In this document: positions 8,111-18,166 of the stretch, in pieces | Position numbering within the stretch: the first letter of the stretch is position 1 | Layout of the letters: each line of letters opens with the position of its first letter | Assembly: GCA_044358465.1 (NCBI GenBank) | Contig: JBIKNT010000001.1 | Location: forward strand, 1 to 26,793 | Source: Ilumatobacteraceae bacterium | GTDB taxonomy: Bacteria; Actinomycetota; Acidimicrobiia; Acidimicrobiales; Ilumatobacteraceae | Direction: 5' to 3' | Length of the DNA stretch: 26,793 nucleotides | Translations under genes and position numbers: made by a program | The notes under the pieces: model-generated | Told to the model about the DNA's origin: nothing | What the model saw: the letters and a program-made list of their open reading frames with translations, nothing else | Databases searched by the model: none

Positions 8111-8428
8111 ATGAGCGAGAACAACGAGCCAAGCGAGGTCAACGACATCGCGCCCATTGATCCCTTGCCATCCGACCTCCAGCGCGTGCGACGTCAGCAC
8201 GGCATGGCTGGAGCAATGCTTGCAGGCGGTATGTTCGCCCTCGACCAAGTGTTGGGACGAAAGCCAAAAGAGCAGCCTGCTGCAGTGCAAGAAGTTGCCG
8301 GCGAGCCAGGCGACATCGACGCAAAGGGCATCACCATTGGTATCGACGAGCACACGTCGGTTGTTTCTCCCGCACCACACAATCGCCCTGGCGCACAACG
8401 CATTGTGCACAAACGCCGGCGCGGCTGA
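8111..8428 (+). CDS. Hypothetical protein (105 aa)
   Basis: Only sensible ORF between nei and DUF4916. The TACGCT-6nt-ATG leaderless signature supports the start at 8111. Confidence 0.65.
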   Translation: MSENNEPSEVNDIAPIDPLPSDLQRVRRQHGMAGAMLAGGMFALDQVLGRKPKEQPAAVQEVAGEPGDIDAKGITIGIDEHTSVVSPAPHNRPGAQRIVHKRRRG

Positions 8429-8435
8429 AATTCTC

Positions 8436-8972
8436 TTAAGGGAGTTGACCTACAGAAGCTAGGGCTAAACGAATAAGCCTGTCGTGGCCGAGCGTCATTT
8501 CGCGACGTACTTCTTGGCTGACTGCTTGTTCTGGAGTGAACCATGCCAAGTCGAGTGCTTGTTGTGTTGGGCTGCATTCGCCCGTGACCGGCACAACAAA
8601 GGCCAAGCTCACGGCATGATGCCGCGGGTCGTGGAAGCCACTGATGTTTGGGTCTTGGAAATATTCCACCACGGTAAATGGTGCTGGCTCAGGCGGAACA
8701 CGAGGAAAAGCCAATGGTCCAAGATCTTTTTCGAGGTGGCGCAACAACGCCTCACGAATACGTTCGTTCAAGAGCACGCGACCCGACACCACCATGCGGC
8801 TAATGGTTCCGTCGGCTGCTTGACGCAACAGCATGCCTACGTGCGTGACACGGCCTTCTTCATCAACGCGCACCGGCACTGCATCGACGTACACCAGGGG
8901 CACGCGATCGCGGATGTCGTTTAAGACGTCGGGCGAAACCCAACCTGTTCTGGTGTCAATTTGCTCGCTCAC
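8436..8972 (-). CDS. DUF4916 / NUDIX-fold hydrolase
   Basis: PLVYVDAVPVRVD, VSGRVLLNERIREALLRHLEKDLG and DPRHHAVSLAF. Start reassigned to GTG 8972 (CAGGAT-6nt-GTG); the ATG at 9017 lies inside a repeat. Confidence 0.8.
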   Translation of the reverse strand: MSEQIDTRTGWVSPDVLNDIRDRVPLVYVDAVPVRVDEEGRVTHVGMLLRQAADGTISRMVVSGRVLLNERIREALLRHLEKDLGPLAFPRVPPEPAPFTVVEYFQDPNISGFHDPRHHAVSLAFVVPVTGECSPTQQALDLAWFTPEQAVSQEVRREMTLGHDRLIRLALASVGQLP

Positions 8973-8996
8973 ACCACCATCCTGCCAAACCCAAGG

Positions 8997-9052
8997 GTTC
9001 TCGGCGCGGTATGTCACGCTTTTCGTGACGCTACGCGCCGAGAAAACTGATT
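8997..9052 (+). repeat. Palindromic intergenic repeat, copy A (REP-like)
   Basis: GTTCTCGGCGCGGTATGTCACGCTTTTCGTGACGCTACGCGCCGAGAAAACTGATT. Similar copies at 10589..10642 (-) and 18106..18166 (+). Confidence 0.8.
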
Positions 9053-9058
9053 GGAGGG

Positions 9059-10372
9059 TTATTTGATGGCTGCGAACCCGAGGTCGAGGTCGGCCAAGAT
9101 GTCGGCGATCGACTCAAGACCCACCGACAAACGAACGAGACCAGGCTGCACACCGCTCGAGAGTTGCTCAGCTTCGGTGAGTTGGCTGTGCGTGGTTGAC
9201 GCAGGGTGAATGACCAAGCTGCGCACATCGCCGATATTGGCAACATGGCTGTGCAACTGCAGCGCTTCAACAAACTTCTGACCTGCCTCACGACCACCCT
9301 TCACGTTGAACGCAATGATGGAACCAAAGCCACGGCCTTCGAAGTACTTCTTCGCACGTGCGTGCCATGGGCTTGAAGGCAAGCCTGCCCATGAAATACT
9401 CTCGACGCCTGCTTGCTTGCCGAGGTAGTCAGCAACTTTTGCTGCGTTTTCCCAGTGACGATCCATACGCAACGAAAGTGTTTCTACACCTTGCAAGATC
9501 GACCACGCATTGAATGGGCTCACCGCTGAACCAAGGTCGCGCAACATTTGTACACGAGCTTTGATGATGTAACTGCCTGCACCGAGTGCTGGCCAATAAG
9601 CAAGACCATGGTACGAAGGGTCTGGTTCGGTGAAGTTCGGGAAGCGTCCACTTGCCGAGAAGTCGAACTTTCCACCGTCAACAATTGCGCCAGCAATGCT
9701 GTTGCCGTGTCCACCTATGAACTTTGTGAGTGAGTGCACAACGATGTCGGCACCCCACTGCAACGGACGAATGCCGTATGGCGAAGGAACGGTGTTGTCA
9801 ACAATGAGGGGAACACCTACATCGTGTGCAACTTTTGAGACACCTTCAATATCGAACACATCGTTCTTTGGGTTCGCAAGAACTTCGCCGTAGAACGCTT
9901 TGGTGTTGGGGCGCACTGCGCTCTTCCACTGTTCCAAGTTGTCGGGGTCGTCTACAAATGTCACTTCAATACCCATCTTGGGAAGTGTGTAGTGCAACAA
10001 GTTGTACGTACCGCCGTAAAGCGATGGTGAAGCAACAATGTGGCTGCCTGCTTCAGCGAGGGTGAGAATGGCCAAAGTTTCTGCTGCTTGACCTGAGCTC
10101 ACGACCAACGCACCAGGCAAACCCACTGCAGTTGTTGTTGCACCTTCAAGGTCGGCAACGCGTGCTTCAAGAACACCTTGGGTGGGGTTCATAATGCGGG
10201 TGTAGATGTTGCCAATCTCCGCAAGAGCGAAGAGGTTCTGAGCGTGAGCCGAGTCGCGGAATTGGTACGACGTCGTTTGGTAAATAGGTACAGCACGTGA
10301 ACCCGTTGCAGGGTCTGGAGACTGGCCGGCGTGAATTTGGCGGGTATCGAAACCCCAAGATGCATTTGTCAT
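9059..10372 (-). CDS. metY: O-acetylhomoserine aminocarboxypropyltransferase / sulfhydrylase
   Basis: RAVPIYQTTSY, GNIYTRIMNPT, PLP lysine motif HSLTKFIGGHG and ANIGDVRSLVIHPASTTHSQL. Start reassigned to ATG 10372. Confidence 0.93.
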   Translation of the reverse strand: MTNASWGFDTRQIHAGQSPDPATGSRAVPIYQTTSYQFRDSAHAQNLFALAEIGNIYTRIMNPTQGVLEARVADLEGATTTAVGLPGALVVSSGQAAETLAILTLAEAGSHIVASPSLYGGTYNLLHYTLPKMGIEVTFVDDPDNLEQWKSAVRPNTKAFYGEVLANPKNDVFDIEGVSKVAHDVGVPLIVDNTVPSPYGIRPLQWGADIVVHSLTKFIGGHGNSIAGAIVDGGKFDFSASGRFPNFTEPDPSYHGLAYWPALGAGSYIIKARVQMLRDLGSAVSPFNAWSILQGVETLSLRMDRHWENAAKVADYLGKQAGVESISWAGLPSSPWHARAKKYFEGRGFGSIIAFNVKGGREAGQKFVEALQLHSHVANIGDVRSLVIHPASTTHSQLTEAEQLSSGVQPGLVRLSVGLESIADILADLDLGFAAIK

Positions 10373-10379
10373 GGGAAAT

Positions 10380-10420
10380 ACCCTACCGACCAATTCCCGA
10401 CCTGACAAGTCGGGAATTGG
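10380..10420 (-). promoter_or_regulatory. Leaderless metY promoter (TTGTCA-17-TAGGGT-7nt-ATG) with the -35 inside a 12-bp-arm palindrome
   Basis: -35 at 10403-10408, -10 at 10380-10385. Palindrome CCAATTCCCGAC-N7-GTCGGGAATTGG at 10390..10420. Confidence 0.72.
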
Positions 10421-10545
10421 CTCACGGAAAATATTTTCAGAATTTCGCCAAAAAAGTGTCCACTTTTGAGGGAGTCAAACATCTATATAGCGAAGGTTTC
10501 CTCATATCTGAAATCTTCATCCCGCCACCCCTAAAGGCGGGAAAC

Positions 10546-10577
10546 GAAAAGGCGCCACCTTGCGGTGGCGCCTTTTC
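10546..10577. terminator. Bidirectional intrinsic terminator downstream of ilvC
   Basis: GAAAAGGCGCCACC-(GCAA on minus strand)-GGTGGCGCCTTTTC: a 14-bp stem with T-rich tails on both strands. Confidence 0.85.
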
Positions 10578-10588
10578 ACTTTTCTTCT

Positions 10589-10639
10589 TTTTTCGGCGCG
10601 TAGCGTTGCAAAAAACGATACATACGGCGCCGAGAACAC

Positions 10640-10642
<3 letters not shown>
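10589..10642 (-). repeat. Palindromic intergenic repeat, copy B
   Basis: Minus strand TGAGTGTTCTCGGCGCCGTATGTATCGTTTTTTGCAACGCTACGCGCCGAAAAA, starting at the ilvC stop codon. Confidence 0.8.
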
Positions 10643-12203
<1,561 letters not shown>

Positions 12204-12207
<4 letters not shown>

Positions 12208-13952
12208 CGTAGATACTCCCGACGCTCGTTTTGTGAAGGCGGCAAGATGATGTCGTCATTGCTTGCACCTGCAGCAACCATTGGAAACACTTTTTCAAAT
12301 TCTTCAACACGGAAGTCAACAACTACTGGACGGTCGTTGATGCTGTTGGCTCGCTCAATTGCTGGCGCAACTTCTTCAGGTGAGTCGACACGAATACCAA
12401 CACAACCCATTGCTTCTGCCCACTTCACAAAGTCGGGGATGCCGCCGCCAAGATCAACTTCGCTATAGCGCTCGCCGTAGAACATCTCTTGCCACTGGCG
12501 CACCATGCCGAGGTATGAGTTGTTCAGAATTCCGACCTTGATAGGAATGTTGCTAATTGAAGCAGTGATGAGTTCTTGCGCGGTCATTTGGAAACAACCA
12601 TCGCCGTCAATTGCCCACACAGTTTTGTCGGGGCGACCAACTTTTGCACCAATTGCTGCTGGCACTGAGAAGCCCATTGTTCCGAGGCCACCTGAGTTCA
12701 CCCATGTATACGGTTCGTCGAAATGCCAATACTGGCTCGACCACATCTGGTGTTGACCAACACCAGAAACCAAAATGGTTCCTTCTGGTGCATGGTCACG
12801 AATTTGCTCGAGGCAAAACTGTGGCTTCAATGCTGCACCAGGTGCACTTGGCTCGTATGCCAATGGGAATTGTTCTTGCCATCCGCTGCAACGGCTACGC
12901 CATGGAGCAATGTCGGCCTGCACTTCGCCACCATCAAGAAGTTCGCGCAGTGCTTTCAAAATTTCAATGCTGACAAGTTTGCAATCGCCAACAATAGGAA
13001 CGTCGGGGCGACGTACTTTGCCTTGTTCTGCTGGGTCAATATCAACGTGAATGATTTTTGCTTCTTGCGCAAATGCAGAAACTTTGCCGGTTACACGGTC
13101 GTCAAAACGAGCACCTAACGCAATGAGCAAATCGCTTTTTTGCATTGCAGTAACTGCAGCAGCGGTTCCGTGCATACCTGGCATACCCAAGCACAACGGG
13201 TGACTGTCGGGGAATGCGCCACGTGCCATGAGTGTTGTAACAACAGGAATGTTCAACAACTCTGCAATTTCGCGAACAACTTCTGCTGCACGCGATTTCA
13301 AAACGCCGCCTCCTAAATACAAAACAGGTCGTTGTGCGGCAAGCATTAACTTCGCTGCTTCTTTGATCATCCGTGGATGACCTTTAGTGGTGGGGTGATA
13401 GCCGGGAAGACTTGCTTGCACTTCTTCATCGGTTGGCCAATGCCATGTCATGGAGTTTTGCAAAACGTCTTTAGGAACGTCGATGAGCACTGGGCCGGGT
13501 CGGCCGGTTGTTGCGATGTGGAATGCTTGACGAATAGCAAGAGGAAGATCTTCCGCACTCATCACCAATTCGTTGTGCTTGGTAATGCTGCGCGTAATAC
13601 CTACCGTGTCACATTCTTGAAAAGCATCGGTACCAATTGCGGTAGTGGACACTTGGCCAGTAATGGCAACCATCGGAATGGAGTCCATGTAGGCATCGCA
13701 TAGCGGAGTGACCAAGTTGGTAGCGGCAGGTCCGCTCGTCACCATGGCAACGCCGGGGCGGCCAGTAACGTGCGCATAACCTTCGGCCATGTGCCCGGCA
13801 CCTTGTTCGTGGCGCACCAAAATGTGGCGAATAGACGACTTCAAGAGAGGGTCGTAGGCGGGCAAAATGCAGCCACCCGGATAGCCGAACATGACGTCGA
13901 CGCTTTCCATCTCGAGCGCTTTAATGAGCGCTTCAGCTCCTGTGATTTTCAT
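12204..13952 (-). CDS. ilvB: Acetolactate synthase large subunit (biosynthetic)
   Basis: [28 protein letters not shown] and ThDP motif GDGCFQM...[12 protein letters not shown]. Start at ATG 13952 preceded by AGGAG. Confidence 0.96.
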
Positions 13953-14040
13953 TTGACTCTCCTGTATCACTCGTTCTTTTTGCATTCACTTCAAACCACT
14001 TATGACGTCTCATTTCGGCGTGTGTTGCGTTTTGAGCAAC

Positions 14041-14066
14041 AAAAAAGCCCCCCATCTGGGAGGCTT
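14041..14066 (-). terminator. Attenuator terminator of the ilvB leader
   Basis: AAGCCTCCC-AGAT-GGGGGGCTT-TTTT on the minus strand, ~30 nt after the leader-peptide stop and ~90 nt before ilvB. Confidence 0.85.
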
Positions 14067-14094
14067 GGCGGCACGCGTGATATGTGACGCGTGC

Positions 14095-14142
14095 CTACAC
14101 GACGACGACCACCACAAGAACGGAAGTTGACGAAATACGCAC
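14095..14142 (-). CDS. ilvB attenuator leader peptide MRISSTSVLVVVVVV (15 aa), not in the ORF track
   Basis: GTG CGT ATT TCG TCA ACT TCC GTT CTT GTG GTG GTC GTC GTC GTG TAG: six consecutive Val codons plus Val, Leu and Ile, followed by a hairpin and the terminator. Confidence 0.88.
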   Translation of the reverse strand: MRISSTSVLVVVVVV

Positions 14143-14148
14143 GGGCAA

Positions 14149-14177
14149 AGTCTGCCACGTTAAAGCCACCTTGACAA
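14149..14177 (-). promoter_or_regulatory. ilv leader promoter TTGTCA-17-CAGACT, 6 nt upstream of the leader GTG (leaderless)
   Basis: -35 at 14172-14177, -10 at 14149-14154, spacer exactly 17 nt. Confidence 0.7.
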
Positions 14178-14193
14178 CCCCCTGTTCAAGATC

Positions 14194-14227
14194 TTGACGG
14201 CGGAGGTATTTGCACTTAGAGTGCAAA
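14194..14227 (+). promoter_or_regulatory. Dehalogenase promoter TTGACG-17-TAGAGT overlapped by palindrome TTTGCACT-TAG-AGTGCAAA (putative TetR operator)
   Basis: -35 at 14194-14199, -10 at 14217-14222, inverted repeat 14209..14227. A TetR gene lies in the same operon. Confidence 0.7.
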
Positions 14228-14255
14228 AACATTCACCAATGCATTCAGGGGAAAT

Positions 14256-15185
14256 ATGGACATTATCCGCACGCCCGACGACCGCTTTTCCGGCCTCACA
14301 GAATGGCCATATGCACCGCGCTACACCGACATCGCTCGCGGCGACGGCACGGGCACATTACGCGTGCACCATATAGATGAGGGCGCCAGCGCAACTGACC
14401 CCGCCACCGAGACCATCTTGTGCATGCATGGCGAGCCCACCTGGAGCTACCTCTACCGCAAAATGATTCCCGTCTTCACAGCCGCTGGGCACCGCGTTGT
14501 TGCGCCCGACCTTGTGGGCTTTGGCCGCAGCGATAAGCCCACCGCAATGACCGACTACACCTACCAACGTCATGTTGACTGGATGGCTGAGTGGCTCACC
14601 ACAAACGAACTCAACAATCTCACCTTGGTTTGCCAAGACTGGGGCGGGCTCATCGGACTTCGACTCGTTGCACAATTCCCTGAGCGCTTTGCACGCGTCG
14701 TGACCGCAAATACTTTTCTTCCAACAGGTGACCGTGACCCTGGTGAAGCTTTTCGCGCATGGCGCACGTACAGCCAAACAACACCAGACTTCAATGTTGG
14801 AAAAATTGTGCAAGGTGGCTGCGCACAACGCCCCATCGGTGAAGAAAATGTTGCCGCATACGATGCTCCGTTTCCCGACGACTCATACAAAGCCGGAGCA
14901 CGCATCTTCCCGACTCTCGTGCCCGGAGAACCAAATGACCCATCGGCTCCCGCCAACCGCGCCGCATGGGAAGTGCTGAGCACTTGGACAAAACCGTTCC
15001 TCACCGCATTTGGTGATAGCGATGCCATTACTGGTGGATCAGAAAAGCATTTCAAGAAACTCATTCCTGGTTGCGAAGGTCAAGCTCATACAATCATCGC
15101 TGGTGGTGGACATTTCATTCAAGAAGATAAGGGTGAAGAACTCGCTACAATCGTCAACACTTTTATTGCGGCAAACCCGAGGTAG
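14256..15185 (+). CDS. Haloalkane dehalogenase (alpha/beta hydrolase, DhmA/DhlA-like subfamily)
   Basis: HGEPTWSYLYRKM, nucleophile motif CQDWGGLIG, YDAPFPD and catalytic His in GHFIQED. Confidence 0.9.
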   Translation: MDIIRTPDDRFSGLTEWPYAPRYTDIARGDGTGTLRVHHIDEGASATDPATETILCMHGEPTWSYLYRKMIPVFTAAGHRVVAPDLVGFGRSDKPTAMTDYTYQRHVDWMAEWLTTNELNNLTLVCQDWGGLIGLRLVAQFPERFARVVTANTFLPTGDRDPGEAFRAWRTYSQTTPDFNVGKIVQGGCAQRPIGEENVAAYDAPFPDDSYKAGARIFPTLVPGEPNDPSAPANRAAWEVLSTWTKPFLTAFGDSDAITGGSEKHFKKLIPGCEGQAHTIIAGGGHFIQEDKGEELATIVNTFIAANPR

Positions 15186-15187
15186 AA

Positions 15188-15787
15188 ATGTCTTCCACAG
15201 ATCACAATGCTGCTTCAAGCGATGGTCGTGTTGCACGTGGTGAACGCACACGCTCTTCCATTGCCGACGCTTTGTATGAACTGTTAGCCGAAGGCGTAGA
15301 AAACCCCAGCGGACGCGATATTGCTGAGCGCGCAAATGTGTCTTTACGCTCAGTATTTCAGCATTTCGACGACATTGAGGCGGTGTATGGCGAACTAGTC
15401 ACCCGCCAACACGAACGTGTTGCTCCGTTTCTTGAACCCATCAATCAAGAAATTCCCCTCAATGAGCGCGTCGAAAAATTCATAGAAAGTCGCGACTCGA
15501 TGTTTGCTCTTGCAGCACCATTACGGCGCAGCATGGGCACATACCGTGGTGTCAAAACTTCACACACCATTCGTCGCGCATTGACCTATTTGCACCGCGC
15601 TCAACGCGAGCAAATATTGCAGACGTTTGCACCAGAACTGAATGACAATGAACAATTGTTATTGCAGCTTGAAGTGTGTCTCTCGTTTGAAACGTGGAAT
15701 CAATACACAAGTCAACATGGTCTGTCGAGAGCGGCCACGCGCGGCCACCTACACAACTTGATAATGACGATGTTGGCAAATTCCTAA
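15188..15787 (+). CDS. TetR/AcrR family transcriptional regulator
   Basis: DGRVARGERTR...IAERANVSLRSVFQHFDD helix-turn-helix. Confidence 0.92.
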   Translation: MSSTDHNAASSDGRVARGERTRSSIADALYELLAEGVENPSGRDIAERANVSLRSVFQHFDDIEAVYGELVTRQHERVAPFLEPINQEIPLNERVEKFIESRDSMFALAAPLRRSMGTYRGVKTSHTIRRALTYLHRAQREQILQTFAPELNDNEQLLLQLEVCLSFETWNQYTSQHGLSRAATRGHLHNLIMTMLANS

Positions 15788-16684
15788 TTAGGAAATTTTT
15801 ACACCCTGTAGTGCTGCTGCAGTCAAAGTATTTTCCAACAAGCACGCAATAGTCATGGGGCCAGTTCCCCCAGGCATCGGTGTAATTGCACCAGCAATGT
15901 TTTGCACCGCTTCAAAATCAATATCGCCAACTATTCCTTTTTCAGTTCGTGAAATACCAACGTCAATGAGAGTTGCTCCGGGCTTGCAGTGATCTTTGCC
16001 AATCATTCCTGCCTGGCCACTTGCGCCAATCACAATGTCGGCCGAACGACACAGTTCAGCCAAGTTACTGGTGCGGCTATGCGCAATAGTTGCCGTTGCA
16101 TCAACACCTTTACGCGACAACAAAATAGCTAGTGGTGTTCCGACCAAAGTGCTGCGACCAACAATGACCGCATGCTTACCAGCAGTGGCAATGCCGTAGT
16201 GCTCAAGTAAGCGCAATACACCCAGTGGAGTGCATGGCACCAGACCAGGTTCACCACGTACTAAACGGCCCAGCGATTCTGCGGTGAGACCGTCAACGTC
16301 TTTGTTGGCCGGCAAGAGCGCCAACACCGCATCGTTGTTGAGATGGCCCGGCAGTGGTTGTTGCACCAAAATACCGTGCACCATCGGGTCGGCAGCTAGC
16401 GCCGCCACCAATGCTTCGGCCTCGGCTTGCGTGCAATTGGCGGGCAACGTTTCGTTACGGCTCACCAAGCCTGCCTTCGCAGCGAACTTGTGCTTGTTGC
16501 GAACATAGGTCTGGCTCGGGCCATCTTCACCAATGAGAACGGTGGCCAAGCAGATGTGCGGGCTTCCCGCGGCAGCTACACGGGCACCAATTTGCCCCAC
16601 AATGAGGTCACGCAAGGCGTTTCCATCCATTACGAGTGGTTTTTGGCTTTCTGGCTGGGGGGAGGTGCCAGGAACTGTTGTCAT
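15788..16684 (-). CDS. folD: Bifunctional methylenetetrahydrofolate dehydrogenase/cyclohydrolase
   Basis: YVRNK, VHGILVQQPLP, KDVDG, PCTP, VGRSTLVGTP and TPMPGGTGPMT. Leaderless TACCAT-6nt-ATG start. Confidence 0.95.
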   Translation of the reverse strand: MTTVPGTSPQPESQKPLVMDGNALRDLIVGQIGARVAAAGSPHICLATVLIGEDGPSQTYVRNKHKFAAKAGLVSRNETLPANCTQAEAEALVAALAADPMVHGILVQQPLPGHLNNDAVLALLPANKDVDGLTAESLGRLVRGEPGLVPCTPLGVLRLLEHYGIATAGKHAVIVGRSTLVGTPLAILLSRKGVDATATIAHSRTSNLAELCRSADIVIGASGQAGMIGKDHCKPGATLIDVGISRTEKGIVGDIDFEAVQNIAGAITPMPGGTGPMTIACLLENTLTAAALQGVKIS

Positions 16685-16769
16685 ATGAAGATGGTAGGCG
16701 ACCCTCGGAGGCTCTAGCCTTATCAGTCGCGGCTCTCGCCATGCCTATGAGCCCAAGGAGTACCCATTC

Positions 16770-18104
16770 ATGTCTAGCCCCACCCCTTCCCCCAAGAGCG
16801 TTGCGCCTGCCGAAGGCAAACTCGGTGTCCTCACCGTTGGCCTTGGCGCCGTTGCCTCCACCCTGATTGCTGGTGTCGAGCTCGCTAAGCGCGGCCAAGG
16901 AACCCCCATTGGCTCAATGACCCAAATGGGAACCATCCGCTTAGGCAAGCGCACCGATGGCCGCACGCCATTGGTCAAAGACTTCGTTCCACTGGCTCGT
17001 CTTGAAGACATCGTGTGGGGTGCCTGGGACGTCTTCCCCGACGACGCCTATGTTGCTGCATCGCGTGCTGGGGTTCTAGAGCAGGGCAAGCACATTGAAT
17101 CGATTTCTGAAGCACTGCGTGAGATTCGCCCAATGAAGGCAGCCTTTGAGCGCCGCTTTGCGCGCAACCTCGATGGCACACACACCATGGACACCATCGA
17201 CAAGCGTTCCATGCTGAACGGCATTCGTGCCGACATCAACCGCTTCCGCGATGAGAAAAAAGTAGATCGCGTTGTCATGATCTGGTGTGCAAGCACCGAG
17301 ATTTACATTGAGCCAGGTGCACAACACGCCACTATTGAAGCTTTTGAAAAAGCAATCGATGCCAACGACGAAATGATTGCTCCATCAATGCTCTATGCAT
17401 ATGCAGCATTGCTTGAAGGCGTTCCTTTCGCTAACGGTTCTCCAAACCTCGCAGTCGACATGCCGTGCTTGCGTCAATTCGCAACCGACAACAACATTCC
17501 CATTTCAGGAAAAGACTTCAAGACCGGTCAAACACTCATGAAGACCGTGCTTGCACCAATGTTGAAGGCTCGCCAGTTGGGCCTTGCTGGTTGGTACAGC
17601 ACCAACATCTTGGGCAACCGCGACGGCGAAGTTCTCGATGCTCCAGAAAACTTCAAAACCAAAGAAGAGTCAAAGCTTGGTGTACTTGAAGACATTCTCG
17701 ACCCTGCCAACAACCCCGAGTTGTACGGCAACGTATTCCACAAGGTAAGCATCAACTATTACCCACCCCGTGGAGACAACAAAGAAGGTTGGGACAACAT
17801 CGACATCGTTGGCTGGATGGGTTACCCCATGCAGATCAAGGTCGACTTCTTGTGCCGCGACTCCATTCTTGCTGCGCCTCTTGCACTCGACCTCATCTTG
17901 TACTCCGACCTTGCACAACGTGCAGGCCTTGGCGGTATTCAAGAGTGGTTGTCGTTCTACTACAAGAGCCCACAAACTGCGCCTGGCCTTCGCCCAGAGC
18001 ACGACTTGTTTGTACAACTAGAGAAGTTGCACAACACCTTGCGCTGGATCATGAACGAAGACCAAATTACGCATCTCGGCCGCGAGTATTACGACCAAGC
18101 CTAA
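16770..18104 (+). CDS. ino1: myo-Inositol-1-phosphate synthase
   Basis: GLGAVAST, NGSPN, GKDFKTGQT, NILGNRDG, GDNKEGWD and CRDSILAAPLALD. AAGGAG Shine-Dalgarno. Confidence 0.92.
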   Translation: MSSPTPSPKSVAPAEGKLGVLTVGLGAVASTLIAGVELAKRGQGTPIGSMTQMGTIRLGKRTDGRTPLVKDFVPLARLEDIVWGAWDVFPDDAYVAASRAGVLEQGKHIESISEALREIRPMKAAFERRFARNLDGTHTMDTIDKRSMLNGIRADINRFRDEKKVDRVVMIWCASTEIYIEPGAQHATIEAFEKAIDANDEMIAPSMLYAYAALLEGVPFANGSPNLAVDMPCLRQFATDNNIPISGKDFKTGQTLMKTVLAPMLKARQLGLAGWYSTNILGNRDGEVLDAPENFKTKEESKLGVLEDILDPANNPELYGNVFHKVSINYYPPRGDNKEGWDNIDIVGWMGYPMQIKVDFLCRDSILAAPLALDLILYSDLAQRAGLGGIQEWLSFYYKSPQTAPGLRPEHDLFVQLEKLHNTLRWIMNEDQITHLGREYYDQA

Positions 18105-18105
18105 T

Positions 18106-18166
18106 TGAGTGTTCTCGGCGCGGTATGTCCCGCTTTATGCAACGTTTCGCGCCGAGAAACCTGATT
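18106..18166 (+). repeat. Palindromic intergenic repeat, copy C
   Basis: TGAGTGTTCTCGGCGCGGTATGTCCCGCTTTATGCAACGTTTCGCGCCGAGAAACCTGATT, immediately after the ino1 stop and overlapping the MFS stop. Confidence 0.8.

Noticed and set aside
10520-10542. Hairpin resembling IS200/IS605 subterminal palindromes
   Set aside because: No tnpA/tnpB or partner end nearby, and the resemblance is too short to support.
15781-15794. Perfect 14-bp palindrome TTCCTAATTAGGAA at the abutting TetR and folD stop codons
   Set aside because: Partly forced by two head-to-head TAA codons, has no loop or U-tract, and no function is evident.
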